From Octopus vulgaris (Eukaryota), in assembly GCA_951406725.2 (NCBI GenBank), contig OX597831.1, forward strand, positions 49,228,001 to 49,292,000: a DNA stretch of 64,000 nucleotides, read 5' to 3'. Both the position numbers and the translations under genes were made by a program. Of the stretch, positions 43,127-55,790 are shown in pieces. The notes under the pieces are model-generated. The model was given only the letters and a program-made list of their open reading frames with translations. It had not been told where the DNA came from and searched no databases. Position 1 is the first letter of the stretch. The number at the start of each line of letters is the position of its first letter.

Positions 43127-43530
43127 ATGCTATACGGACACAAACTGTGTGTCGGTAGCCAGCTGGAAAAGATATTTTCCTGGGGCTAAACAGTAGTAAA
43201 ATATTCCTACTGTTACTGCATATCTCTCGCTCAGAGATTTGAAACCAGTTATTTTTCTCTTTACGAGATCAGCGACTGTGTGTCGTTTTAAAAATTATAT
43301 AGCATGGGCACGTCGAGTAATCCCTCATCACTGGCCTGTGATTGTCTCACACCGAAGACGAAAAACAACTCAGAAACCAGGGTCTGTGAGTATCACGAAG
43401 GATAGTGATGGAAGCGATAAACTCTCTTGTTCATGCTATACAGACACAAACTGTGTGTCGGTTGCCAGCTGGAAAAAGATTTTTCCTGGGGCTAAATAAT
43501 AGTAACATCGTCCTGTGTAGGACTGCCACA
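43127..43530. repeat. About 90-bp direct repeats spaced 306 bp apart
   Basis: ATGCTATACrGACACAAACTGTGTGTCGGTwGCCAGCTGGAAAA..TTTTCCTGGGGCTAAA at 43127 and 43433. Confidence 0.85.
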
Positions 43531-43600
43531 TACTGTTGGCAAATAAACTTTACCATATAACAGTATATATACATATATAATACATAATACATAACGCGTT

Positions 43601-43683
<83 letters not shown>

Positions 43684-43729
43684 GTCTGTCTATACAGTGC
43701 ATGCTTGTTAGTAGGAGCTAGACTTCACA

Positions 43730-44810
43730 TTGTAAATAAATTATACAGTTCTATATTTAAGAGATGAGGAGTTATGTACACTATTTACATTAGACGGATA
43801 TTTGTCCTCATCTTTTTTGACAACGTTTCGCCTGATATATTCTTCAGCTTCCATCAAGTGTCTTGGGGGAAATTTCGAACACTGTATGGAGATGGATTGC
43901 TCAGTGCCTAAAACACCGTGCAAAGAATATAAGTAGCGATCGTGATACACACCACGAAGAAATGATCAAGCTCAATAACAATTTATTAAGCAACAACTAC
44001 TCCCAAAATATACTACCCACTCCAATTTTGAAGAAAAGAGAGGATGAAACCAACAAACTGTCCACAGCCTGTCTACCCTATGTGAAAGGCCTCTCTGAAA
44101 AGATACAAAAGATATGCGGCCCATATGACATCAGGACAGTATTCAAGAGTAATACAACACTTCGCAAATAACTCCGAGTAAAACCATCAATAGAAGAGAA
44201 TGACCAAAGACTGCGTGTACTTCATCCCATGCAGCTGTGGTAAGTTATACAAAGGCGAAACATGCCGCCCCACTCAAAATAAGGGTAGACGAAATCGCAA
44301 AGCTGTGACATGAGGAGATATTGATAAATCGGGTATAGCTGATCATGTATGGAAAATGGAAACCACCTCCCCTTGTGGGATGAAGTTAAAATAATAGACA
44401 GAGAACATCACTGGAAAATACGAAAACTAAAAGAAGCAGCACATATGCTAGGACAGAACAACCCCCTAAGCAGACGAGTGCAGATATAAGTATTATATGG
44501 GAACCGGTATTAAGGAAGGATAGGAAAATGTTAGATTTATAAGTCCTAAAATTCACTCCATAATTGCCCACGGGCATATGGCGTGGTGGTTAAGAGCGCG
44601 GGCTACTAACCCCAAGATTCCGAGTTATAATAATAATAATAATAATAATAATGATAATAATAATAATGATAATGATAATAATGATAATAATAATAACATC
44701 GAAAAATACCTTAGGAATGAGAACCCAGGTTCGAAATTTCCCCAAGACTTCATGAAGGCTGGAGGGTATATCAGCCAACAAACAAATATCCGTTAAATGT
44801 AAATAATGAA
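43730..44810 (+). mobile_element. 5'-truncated Penelope-like element: inverted pLTR, RT-thumb/GIY-YIG remnant, direct pLTR
   Basis: CLPYVKGLSEKIQKIC..YDIRTVFK, then CVYFIPCSCGKLYKGET and WDEVKIIDREHHWKIRKLKEAAH. 43785-43880 is the reverse complement of 44729-44805. Confidence 0.92.
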
Positions 44811-45937
44811 AATAAATTATATTTAGGATTAACATGAGTTAAATTCTTAACTTTGCTCTGAAACATGATTATAACTTCCTACTCTTTCTCTGTCTCGCTC
44901 TCTCTCTCCAACATACACATGAATCGTGTGGACCATGATTGAATAACTTACAACTATATGATTGTTTCAATACATTCGCTGACTTCGCCAAAGGCTATAT
45001 TGTCCATTGAATGCTTCGTAGCATTTGTACAGTTGTAATGCATTATCTGGTTAATGCATACATACATCTATAATGCATTATCTGGTTACCCGCATACATA
45101 CATCTATATATATATATATATATATATATACAAATATATGCATATCTACACATACACACACATAACTACTTTCTTTAATCCAGTATGCACATCTCTTTGT
45201 TTGTGCCAACGCCGTCTTCCCGCCAACGGAGTTGTCCACTTGATTAAATTTATCATTTATAGGTTACGATTGCTGACACTGTGAATATTGCTGACACCAT
45301 GAACATTGCAGACACACTGAATATTGCTATCCCTATATATTAATCATTTTCTTTTTCTTTCCTCTTCTTCATTTTCCATCGTTCGTCTCTTGCAGAGATC
45401 TTTGCTATTCTCTGTGTTTTTTCTTTAAATCATTTTCCCTGAAGAATAAGTAGCTAGATCACCCCAAATCAAAACTAGTATTTAACTGGTTCTGCAATAA
45501 TTAATCGGTGCGCTTTAATCAATAGGAATTAAGTAAATGAATAAGTAGCACTTGAATTTATTAAGCGTATTTTATGTACTAAGAAATACTGCTCAGAAAA
45601 TGATATTTTTTGAGAATGTCGGCAACTGACTTCAAAAATGTTTTGAATAACCACGATGTGCCACTTGCACGGGCGAGAGAGAAGCTTGAACAAACATCAC
45701 AAAGCATTCTATCCGACACTGGAGCAACTCTGTCGTTCAGCCACCTTAGGCATGTAAGGATAAACGCACACACACTCACATACAAATACACACACACACA
45801 CACAAACACACACAGATGTGTATATAAATATATACATACATAATTATGTATACATGTACATATGAGGATGTTTATATATATGTATGTTTATATATATATT
45901 TACATATATGTACATATGCATTCACATTCATATATGC

Positions 45938-45970
<33 letters not shown>

Positions 45971-45972
45971 TG

Positions 45973-46020
<48 letters not shown>

Positions 46021-46022
<2 letters not shown>

Positions 46023-46312
46023 CTTTTCAGTCATTTTGACTGCGGTAACGCTGGAGCACCGATTTTAGTCGAACAAATCGAACCCAGGACTTATTCTTTG
46101 TAAACCTAGTACTTATTCTACTGGTCTCTTTTGCCGAACCGCTAAGTTACGGGGACGAAAACACACCAATATCGGTTGTCAAGTGATGTTGCGGGTACAA
46201 ACACAGGCATACAAGTACACACACGCACTCACACACTCACACTCACTCACACACTCATACACACACCACATATATACGACGGGCTTCTTTCAGCTTCCTT
46301 TTACCAAATCCA
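46021..46312 (-). mobile_element. SINE family A, head missing
   Basis: The 3' domain matches other copies. A further partial copy lies at 47019-47120 and may be the continuation. Confidence 0.8.
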
Positions 46313-46446
46313 CACAGATACACACACACACACACACACACACATATGTCAGATATAACTGAGATTCACTTGAATTAGGTACTTAAGTTGAAGTACCAAA
46401 TTAGTGCGGTATTAACCGTACAACTTAGAGTAAGGTGAATAATATC

Positions 46447-46920
46447 AAAATAAGCAACAGAATATCAAGCGGTGATGCAGTACGACCGTTTCAAGCAGCT
46501 CCACTTAATTGAACAATGCAATCATTACATCAATTTAATTGCAGGGCTATCCTCAGCTACATAAATAAATAGCATTTTTAATCAGTTGGACACACTAATA
46601 TAATTTTACTCAAATGCTCTAATAGAGCAAGAAGGGGGAAAAAGTCCATGTTGCCACAAATACTTCATACGATTCTTAGACGTGTAGTATATTCTTAGCT
46701 ACAATAGTTGCAACATGGACTCTTTCCACCTTCTTGGTCTATTAGAGCATTTGAGTAAAATTATATTAATGTGTCCAACTAATTAAAAATTCTATTTATT
46801 TATTTATGCAGCTGAGGATAGACCTGCATTTAAATTGATGTAATGATTGCATTTTCAATTAAGTGGAGCCGCCTGTAGCGGTCGTACTGCATCACCTTTT
46901 GATATCCTGTTGCTTATTTT
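46447..46920. mobile_element. Long inverted repeat (about 205-bp arms) of PLE pLTR type, each arm with a hammerhead-like motif
   Basis: Left arm, minus strand: ATGTAG-CTGAGGA-(long helix II)-GAAAC-G-GTC-GTA-CTGCAT. Related to 35545-35630. Confidence 0.75.
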
Positions 46921-46923
46921 TAT

Positions 46924-46997
<74 letters not shown>

Positions 46998-47314
46998 GTA
47001 TGTATGTATGTATATACATACGACGGACTTCTTTCAGTTTCCGTCTACCAAATCCATTCACAAGGCTTTGGCCGGCCCGAGGCAATTGCAGAAAACACTT
47101 GCCCCAAGATGCCACGCAGAGCGGCTGACACATGTATCTATATATGCATAACCACATATAAATATCTGCAACGAGGTTTAATAAATAAGAGCACTAGGGA
47201 GAGATTTTCAAAATTTTATTTACAACATAATTAAGTACAACAGAAGAATATGACTTGAAAGATATAAAAATGCACGATGTTACAATATAATATGTAAGCA
47301 TGCACGTACATGTA

Positions 47315-47376
<62 letters not shown>

Positions 47377-47486
47377 GGTAGATAGATAATATTGACACAT
47401 ACATACACACATACGAACACATTGATATACATACATGTATAAAGATGTATGTAGAAATATACATAAATATACGTATATCTGTATAT

Positions 47487-47532
<46 letters not shown>

Positions 47533-47797
47533 TGAACATAGTAGCTTCAAACATGTGCTCATGCATACTCATACAACAGATTTATAAGATATATGCATAC
47601 ACACACACACACATATTGCGTACGTTTTATATATGCAATCAATGTGTGCGTGTTTATATATGCATTTGTATATATATGCATACATATATATATATATATA
47701 TGTATATACATACACTTGCAAACACACACGTATACATATATAGATATACAAACATACACGCGCGCGCGTTTATATACGCACACACACACATATATAT

Positions 47798-47884
<87 letters not shown>

Positions 47885-48098
47885 GTAAGTTCGTATGTAT
47901 GTATATATATATATAGGTTTGTTAAAAAGAACGGGTAAAATATCGGAACTAAATACGGGTGTATTTTGATTATTTTCAAGTAGCTAAAAGTTTCGCAAAT
48001 GATTCAAGAGCCGACAGTCTCTACGAGGCACTCTGAAACTGTTGAGTGCCATGTGCGAAACTCTCGGCCCCGTTGAATCACTCTTCTAACCACCTGCC

Positions 48099-48099
<1 letters not shown>

Positions 48100-48170
<71 letters not shown>

Positions 48171-48198
48171 TAATAATAATAATAATGATGATAATGAT

Positions 48199-48243
<45 letters not shown>

Positions 48244-48543
48244 AATAATAATAAAAAATAGAGGTAACCAGAATGTGGAATCTAAAAACAGAAACAATTC
48301 CTATCATAGTAGGTGCATTAGGCATGATAAAAAAATATTCAGACAAATACATAACAAAAACACCAGGACTTACAAACACATATAACATACAGAAAATTGC
48401 ACTACTAGGCACTGCACACATCCTACGCAGAACACTTTCCATACAATAACCATCAGAGCATCACAACAAATCACAGCACATACCTAAGGCACACAGAGCT
48501 GCGCTCGGTAGTGAAGTGAAAGCACGCTATAAAAATAAAACTA

Positions 48544-48597
<54 letters not shown>

Positions 48598-48598
48598 T
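48100..48598 (+). mobile_element. 3' end of a Dong/R4-type LINE (about 48255-48547) embedded in (TAA)n
   Basis: 48261-48449 translates as EVTRMWNLKTETIPIIVGALGMIKK...IQKIALLGTAHILRRTLSIQ*; (AAT)n on both sides. Confidence 0.9.
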
Positions 48599-48833
48599 CT
48601 TTTTACTATAGACAAAGGCCTGACATTTTGGGAGAAAGGTTACTCTATTACATCATTCCCATTGCTCACTGGTACTTCTTTTGCAAATACGCGATATCAG
48701 TGGCCCCTGATAGCTACTGTACACTTGATGATGTCCAGTGCAGTACTGGGTAGCTATAATCATTTGTATTGTTTCTGTAAGAATTTGAAACTAGAAAAGA
48801 TAATCTTAATCTCAAAACAGTGTATTTTAAACC

Positions 48834-49103
48834 AATTGCAGCGTGGAAGGTGTTTATAAGCCATTTAAAAACACGCAAAAACCGTTAGATTCACTTCAAT
48901 ATTTAAATCTAATTTGACAAAATATTTTCGTCGTTTTGAAACTGCGACAAAATTCCGTGCTGCGTCACTGAAATTTGTCAATGAACAGGTCGCGGTTTCA
49001 AAGCAGCGAAAATATTTTGACAAATTAAATTTAAATGTTGAGGTGAATCTAACGGTTTTTGTGTGTTTTTAAATGGCTTAGAAACACCTTCCTCGCTGCA
49101 ATT
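48834..49103. repeat. Inverted repeat (about 115-bp arms) with a degenerate hammerhead-like fold at about 48976-49023
   Basis: GGAAGGTGTTTATAAGCCATTTAAAAACAC..CCGTTAGATTCAC pairs with GTGAATCTAACGG..GTGTTTTTAAATGGCTTAGAAACACCTTCC. Confidence 0.85.
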
Positions 49104-49473
49104 ATTTTTGTTTCAGCACACGATCTCAGATCGAGTTACTTACTATGCAAGTACATCTCCGTAAAGATGTATTTTAAATATTTTATTTTATTTTACATAG
49201 TGATTTGAAAACAAAAATCACTTTTAGTTAATGGTTCACAGATAACTGGGACACTGTATTTTGACTGCGAGATTGACAATGAAGCCTATATACAGCTTGG
49301 GCAGAAATAATACTGCACCGGTAAACCGATGTTTTCAAAAAAAACGCCGATGTATGCACACATACACCCTCACAGACATACGCACACATACGCACACATG
49401 CACATATATGTATATTTATTCATTCATCCAGCTATTCATAAGTATATATGTGTGTGTGTGTGTGAGAGAGAGG

Positions 49474-49525
<52 letters not shown>

Positions 49526-49624
49526 GTGTGTGTATGTACGTGTGTTTGTGTGTGCGCACGTAAAAAGAATTAGGGAATATGTAGTCAAAATGGGGGATAG
49601 GTAATCAGAAGGAAAAGGATCTGA

Positions 49625-49686
<62 letters not shown>

Positions 49687-49967
49687 ATACCCGCTTGTCT
49701 TAATGGGTAGCAATTTGTATACATTCCATTAGCATCAGTTTCAAGATTGGGCCATCCTGGAAAGTATTTTTCACATTTGAATGGCTAACATTTATGCTAT
49801 TTAGCACAGGTAATTAACTTAACTTATTGTTAAATTATAAACAATTAATTGAATTTATCCATTCCTTTCCCCCAAAAGTGTTACATTCTTTTCTAGTTAG
49901 GGAGTATTTTCGATCGCAACTGCATTCTACTTGCATCTATGATGTAATATCATCTACTTTATTAATG

Positions 49968-50029
<62 letters not shown>

Positions 50030-50262
50030 TATTCAAAGGAATTCCAACTCTGTTTTTTATGTTTTATTTATATTCTTTATAATATTAGTGTAGAATATAG
50101 AATATATAGTATAAATATTATATTATAGTAAAATGAAATGAAGCATTGATTGTCTTATTGAACAGATGAAATATTGAATATCAAATATTAAGGGACTTGT
50201 ATACTTTCTTGCATCAAAGCAGTCTTCAAGGTCCCAGGTTGTGACAGGAGTATTTCAACTGT

Positions 50263-50267
<5 letters not shown>
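50030..50267 (-). mobile_element. Insert between (TA)n tracts with a degenerate hammerhead-like motif at 50192-50235
   Basis: Minus strand GGGAC-c-TTGAAGA-c-TGC-tttgat-GCA-a-GAAA-GTATAC-aa-GTCCC. Confidence 0.45.
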
Positions 50268-50325
<58 letters not shown>

Positions 50326-50326
<1 letters not shown>

Positions 50327-50503
50327 AGATTTTTTCCTCTGTCTTCCCTTCTTTGGATCTTTCCTTCTCCTGTTTCCGACGAAGAGCTCCGCTCGAAACG
50401 TTAAACCCTCCTTCTTTCCTTCCTTCTTGAGCGTCCAATAATACTATATTTGTTCCACGTCCTCACGTTGTTGTGTTTTCTCTTTGTGTTTTCATGTTTG
50501 GAT

Positions 50504-50508
<5 letters not shown>
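50326..50508 (+). mobile_element. About 185-bp PLE-type insert in (TA)n with a minimal hammerhead (family H2)
   Basis: GTTT-CCGACGA-A-GAGC-tcc-GCTC-GAA-ACGT-T-AAAC at 50372-50406; second copy at 58500-58710 on the minus strand. Confidence 0.72.
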
Positions 50509-50588
<80 letters not shown>

Positions 50589-50984
50589 GTGTATCCAAAT
50601 TTAGGGAATGGCGTAGATAAAATCCAGGCTACATATGTTTCATAGCTAGCAGCACCTCAGAAGTAGTAATTATCTAAACAGGGGGTAGTCCAGTAGCTAG
50701 TCGTCAGGCGAAAGATACCTCGGTCAAACTTACTAACTTCCTTCACCTTGATCCTTATCTTTACACGCGCATAGGCATGCGCAAATACACACACACACAC
50801 ACACACACACACACGTATATAAACATATAAAAATACATACATACATATCTACAATTATACATATTTTTGTATGTATACGCACACACGTATATACATAAAA
50901 GTGTGTGCATGTATATGTATGTGTGCGTGTGTGCACGCGTGGGAGAGAGTTATTTTAAGGTAATTATTCTAAAGCAAGTTAATG

Positions 50985-51145
50985 CGGTAAGCTTAGCAGC
51001 GTTTCATCCGTCTTTTCCTTCTTTGTTCAAATTCCGCCGGGGTCGGCTTTGCCTTTCATCAACTCGGGGTCGGACACTGGGGTCGATGTAATCGACTTAA
51101 CCCTCCTTCGAAATTGCTAGCTTTGTGCCAAAACGTGAAACCATT
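50985..51145 (+). mobile_element. SINE family D, partial and internally deleted
   Basis: GTTCAAATTCCGCCG..GCCTTTCATC..CTGGGGTCGATGTAATCGACTT..GAAACCAT. Confidence 0.75.
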
Positions 51146-51736
51146 ATTTTAAAGCTAGTTTATGAAGAATAACAATGGAACAATTTACTGAGCGGTAGAT
51201 TCAATACTAACAGTGGAATCAAATCAAAAATTTGTTTTAACTGGGTAGATATTCTCAGTGGGAGGTCTCCTCAGACCTCAGATCTAACCCAAATGCTTGT
51301 ATCAGAATCGATTCCGCTAAATGCATATAATGGTCAAATGATGTTTAACTGAGCTACAGATTAAGTCTACAACGTAACAGGGGCAGTCCTTATCAAGGGT
51401 TTCATACAGTTTCTGTCTTCTATACAATTTAGATCATAATACTTTAATAGATCCCAGGATATCGTAGATGACACCTGCGTATAAACACTTACATACATAC
51501 ATACGTACATACATACATACATACATGCATACACAAACTCACTCACTCACACATATATATAGTCACACTCACTCAAACATACGTACACAAATACACACAT
51601 ATATGTAAAAAAAGAAGTAAAAATAGAGGAAATAGAAGTAAAAATGCACCGACAGTATATCAGAAGACTTATATTAATACATTTAACCGGTTTCAAATTT
51701 GTTTGATTTTCAAGCTGTGTTGCAAGCTGTATCGTA

Positions 51737-52029
<293 letters not shown>

Positions 52030-53342
52030 GCGCACATACACATAATATTCATATATTAGAAAAGTTTAGAGACATAAAAAAAAGACATTAATCACTACAA
52101 ATGTAATGTAGGTTGAAGTGTAGATATTGATGTAGTCCCTGTTTCTCTTAGAATATCAGAGATTCATATCTGGTTTCTGTGAGACAACCGACGGACGACG
52201 TTATTTTCTTACCAAAGGTGATACACTTCATTACTGTAAGCAACGGAAGCAACGGATTTAATGAGAAACTGGATAAGTGTTTTATGGTCTACAATCTCGA
52301 ATGCAATTCTCTCGGTAGGTAAAAATCACCTGATTGTCAGGTTATATATTAATGCCCTGTCCAAGAAAATATTTCCATCAGATATTATTAACACGAAGAG
52401 GATCATAAAGCACTGCTACGAATTTCCATATTTGCGTAGCTTACATGCTAATACTGCAGATAATTAAACGTTCTTTTCAATTAGCCTGTTAGCAGATATC
52501 TTATTCTTGTATAGTAAATATGGTTGGTTTTGCTGTCGTGTGAGATTGTAATTTTATTGTTTGTTTTGGTAATTAAATTTGCCATTTTTATGTTGATTTT
52601 AGCCTTAATTCCTAACTGTTGAAAACAGTATTCGCCAAGGGAGAAAACATTTGTTACTTTAAATGCTTAATCTGATGCTGTTCGTATAGTTATTCTGTTT
52701 TCCCCTTCTTTATATCATTATATCATAATCGCCATCAACAGAATTGTTATTTTATTTGTATTTAGATAGCTGATGAGAAGAATGGACAACGTCAGTGACA
52801 TTTACTGGTGCTGTTAGGCTTTTCAGATCAATGCAGTTGATATTTAAATTCAACATCAGTCAACCGACATCTGCACAAAAAGGAATGAAATGGAGGGTGA
52901 AGAAGGAATTCCAGCGGGAATAGTTATCGGAAAGAATGATTGAAAAACAAAAAACAAAAAACAAAAAACAAAACAAAAAGCCAAAAAAAAAAAGAAAAGA
53001 AAAGAAAAAAACCCCAACTGTACAATGTTTAACCTTGTTCTAAGACACAACAGAGATTATGAAACAAGGAGAAAAGTGTAAATCGGGTGGGCTTGAGCGG
53101 AGGGAGTAAACCATTAATTATTTGAACGGAGCAAAAGCAGTTGTAATAAGAGACGAAGAGGTATGGATGAATTCCACTTTTACCGATGTCCTCATGGACT
53201 AGAGACTATTGGCACAATACGGTAGAAAGCAAATTTACAGTAGATTTGTTTTTTACGTAAATTAGAACCAATAATCGCAAGAGATGGAGAAATACAGTTG
53301 AAAATGAGAGAATTTCGTCAGTAGTTGGCAATCTTTTAAAAT

Positions 53343-53802
53343 ATTCTTTTCTACTCTAGGCACAAGGCCCGAAATTTTGAGGCAGGGGTTGCCAGTCGAT
53401 TAGATCGACTCAAGTACGCAACTGGTACTTAATTTATCGATCCCGAGAGGATGAAAGTCAAAGTCGACCTCGGCGGAATTTGAACTCAGAACGTAGCGGC
53501 AGATGAAATACCGCTAAGCATTTCGCCCGGTGTGCTAACTTTTCTGCCAGTTCGCCGCCTTTAATAATCTTTTAGCATATTATTAAAGGCGGCGAACTAG
53601 CAGAATCGTTACCACACCGAGCGAAATGCTTAGCGGCATTTCGCTCGTCTTTACGTACTGAGTTCAAATTCCGCCGAAGTCGACTTTGCCTCTCATATTT
53701 TCGCGGTCGATAAAGTAAGTAACAGTTGGACACTGGCGTCAATGTAATCGATTAGCACCACACCCGAAATTTCTGGCTTTGTGTCAAATATTGAAACCGA
53801 TA
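53343..53802. mobile_element. Head-to-head pair of SINE family D copies (53343-53559 minus, 53588-53802 plus)
   Basis: Both copies are full length and start GGCGGCGAACT; about 28 bp lie between the heads. Confidence 0.92.
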
Positions 53803-54019
53803 TTTTTAGAATATTATATAATTACATTTTAGAATACATTGAAATAAATCCCTGTAGGGAAGATAATATTGAAGAATTTAGCGGAGTAAAAACCTCGTTA
53901 TGGAAGGCACTAACTGAGAGTAATAAAAAAAAAAAAACACTTTAGAGCTCAGACATCTAGTTGGCAGGAAGATAGATTCTTGCCCTGAGAAAAAGAGTAA
54001 TAATTTTGCAGCCTAAAGG

Positions 54020-54211
54020 CTATGCTGGAGCACCGACTTTATGTTGAAAAGGCCGACCCCAAGACTTATTGTTTGTAAGCCTAGTACTTATTCTATCGGG
54101 CTCTTTTGCAGAACCGCTAAGTTACGGGGACGCAAACACATGAGCATCGGCTGTCAAGAGATGGTGATGGGGTGACAAACACAAGACACACAAGTAGATA
54201 CATTTATGTGT

Positions 54212-54265
<54 letters not shown>

Positions 54266-54430
54266 GCGACGAGCTTCTTTCACTTTCCGTCTACCAAATC
54301 CACTCACAAGGCTTTGGTCGGCCCGAGGCTGTAGTAGAAGACATTTGCCCAAGGTGCCACGCAGTAGGACTGAACCCGGAACTATGTAGTTGGGGAGCAA
54401 GCTTCTTGCCACACAGCCACCCCTGCGCCT
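54020..54430 (-). mobile_element. SINE family A
   Basis: Family A head, core and 3' domain. Confidence 0.88.
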
Positions 54431-54832
54431 ATAGTGAGAGTTTTTGCTATAGTTGCTATTGATCCTCATCTCAGCTCTGACTGAACAGACCTATGATTAA
54501 ATACATTGCAGCTGTAAGCGTCACATCGATCCGTTGGCTCAGCAAATTTAGGGCAGTGTCTATTATGTACTTCTTTTCTAGAAATAGGAACTAAATTACT
54601 CTCAAATCTCACCATGGTGAGATTTGAGAGTAATTTAGTTCCTATTTCTAGAAAAGAAGTACATAATAGACACTGCCCTAAATTTGCTGAGCCAACGGAT
54701 CGATGTGACGGTTACAGCTGCAATGTATTTAATCATAGGTCTGTTCAGTCAGAGCTGAGATGAGGATAAATAGCAACTATAGCAAAAACTCCCACTATAG
54801 GCACAGGGGTGGCTGTGTGGCAAGAAGCTTGC
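54397..54832. repeat. Near-perfect spacer-less palindrome, 218-bp arms
   Basis: Centre CCATGG between 54614 and 54615; about 4 mismatches between the arms by eye. Confidence 0.95.
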
Positions 54833-55399
54833 CATGGTGAGATTTGAGAGAGATTTGGCTGCTATTTTTAGCAGGCTAAACAAAACTGTAGAAGCTTCCT
54901 TCGAAGAACTTGCTGGTTGACTCGATTAACTCAGATCGAGTCAACCTATAATCAAAGACGCTCCACTCATGACGAACCCTTTCCGTAGATGTAAGACTAG
55001 GTATGTCCTCCCAATTGTTTTTTGTATAAAATATGGCAGGTGAAGATTTGAAGGGTCATAGCAACAATTCCAAGAAACTTACGCGACTGCATAAAAGTTC
55101 CCTTGATGTGTGTTTATGGATATCAGTCGGTATCGACGATGCGCATTCAGTTATTTCATCAAGTAAGATCCTTGATCATTGAATTAATGTGTAAGTGGAT
55201 GAATATTCCACAGACATTTAACGTAATTCTCAGGGCGAGTCATCAGTGTGGCATAATATGTCTGACAAGGCCATATCTTTGAATTGCTGGTATAATCCAA
55301 CGTAGAGATTCTACACAGTTTCCTTTTGCTCAGGTTTGGTCACAAATCGTGGGTCAACCCGAGGATAGATATCAGACTATTGCTCATGTTGCCACAGTC

Positions 55400-55790
55400 G
55401 AGGCGCGTGGCTTGGTGGTTTAGGTGTTGGAGTCCTAATTGTAGTATTGCGGCTGTGATTCTTGGACCGGGGGGATGCGTTATGTTCTTGAGCGAAACGT
55501 TTCGCTTTACGTTGCTCCAGAGTGTAGTTTCGATTCTTGAACCCGGCGATGCGTTGTGTTCTTGAGAAAAACATTCCACATCACGTTGCGTTTGTCCACT
55601 CAGCTGGCAAAAATAACTATTCCTGAGTATGTATGTATGTATGTATGTATGTATGTATGTATGTATGTATGTATGTATGTATGTATGTATGTATGTATGT
55701 ATGCATGTATGTATGCATGTATGTGTATCCCGTCCAGTGGGGAGCACATACACCAGAGAATTCGGGAAATCGGCCTTATGAGTTCATATG
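55400..55790 (+). mobile_element. SINE family B with internal duplication and (TATG)n expansion
   Basis: GAGGCGCGTGGCTTGGTGG head; GATGCGTTrTGTTCTTGAG occurs twice; CCACTCAGCTGGCAAAAAT; TCCCGTCCAG. Confidence 0.8.

Noticed and set aside
52790-53330. Possible CR1-like LINE 3' remnant on the minus strand
   Set aside because: Only faint motif resemblance; too degraded to support.
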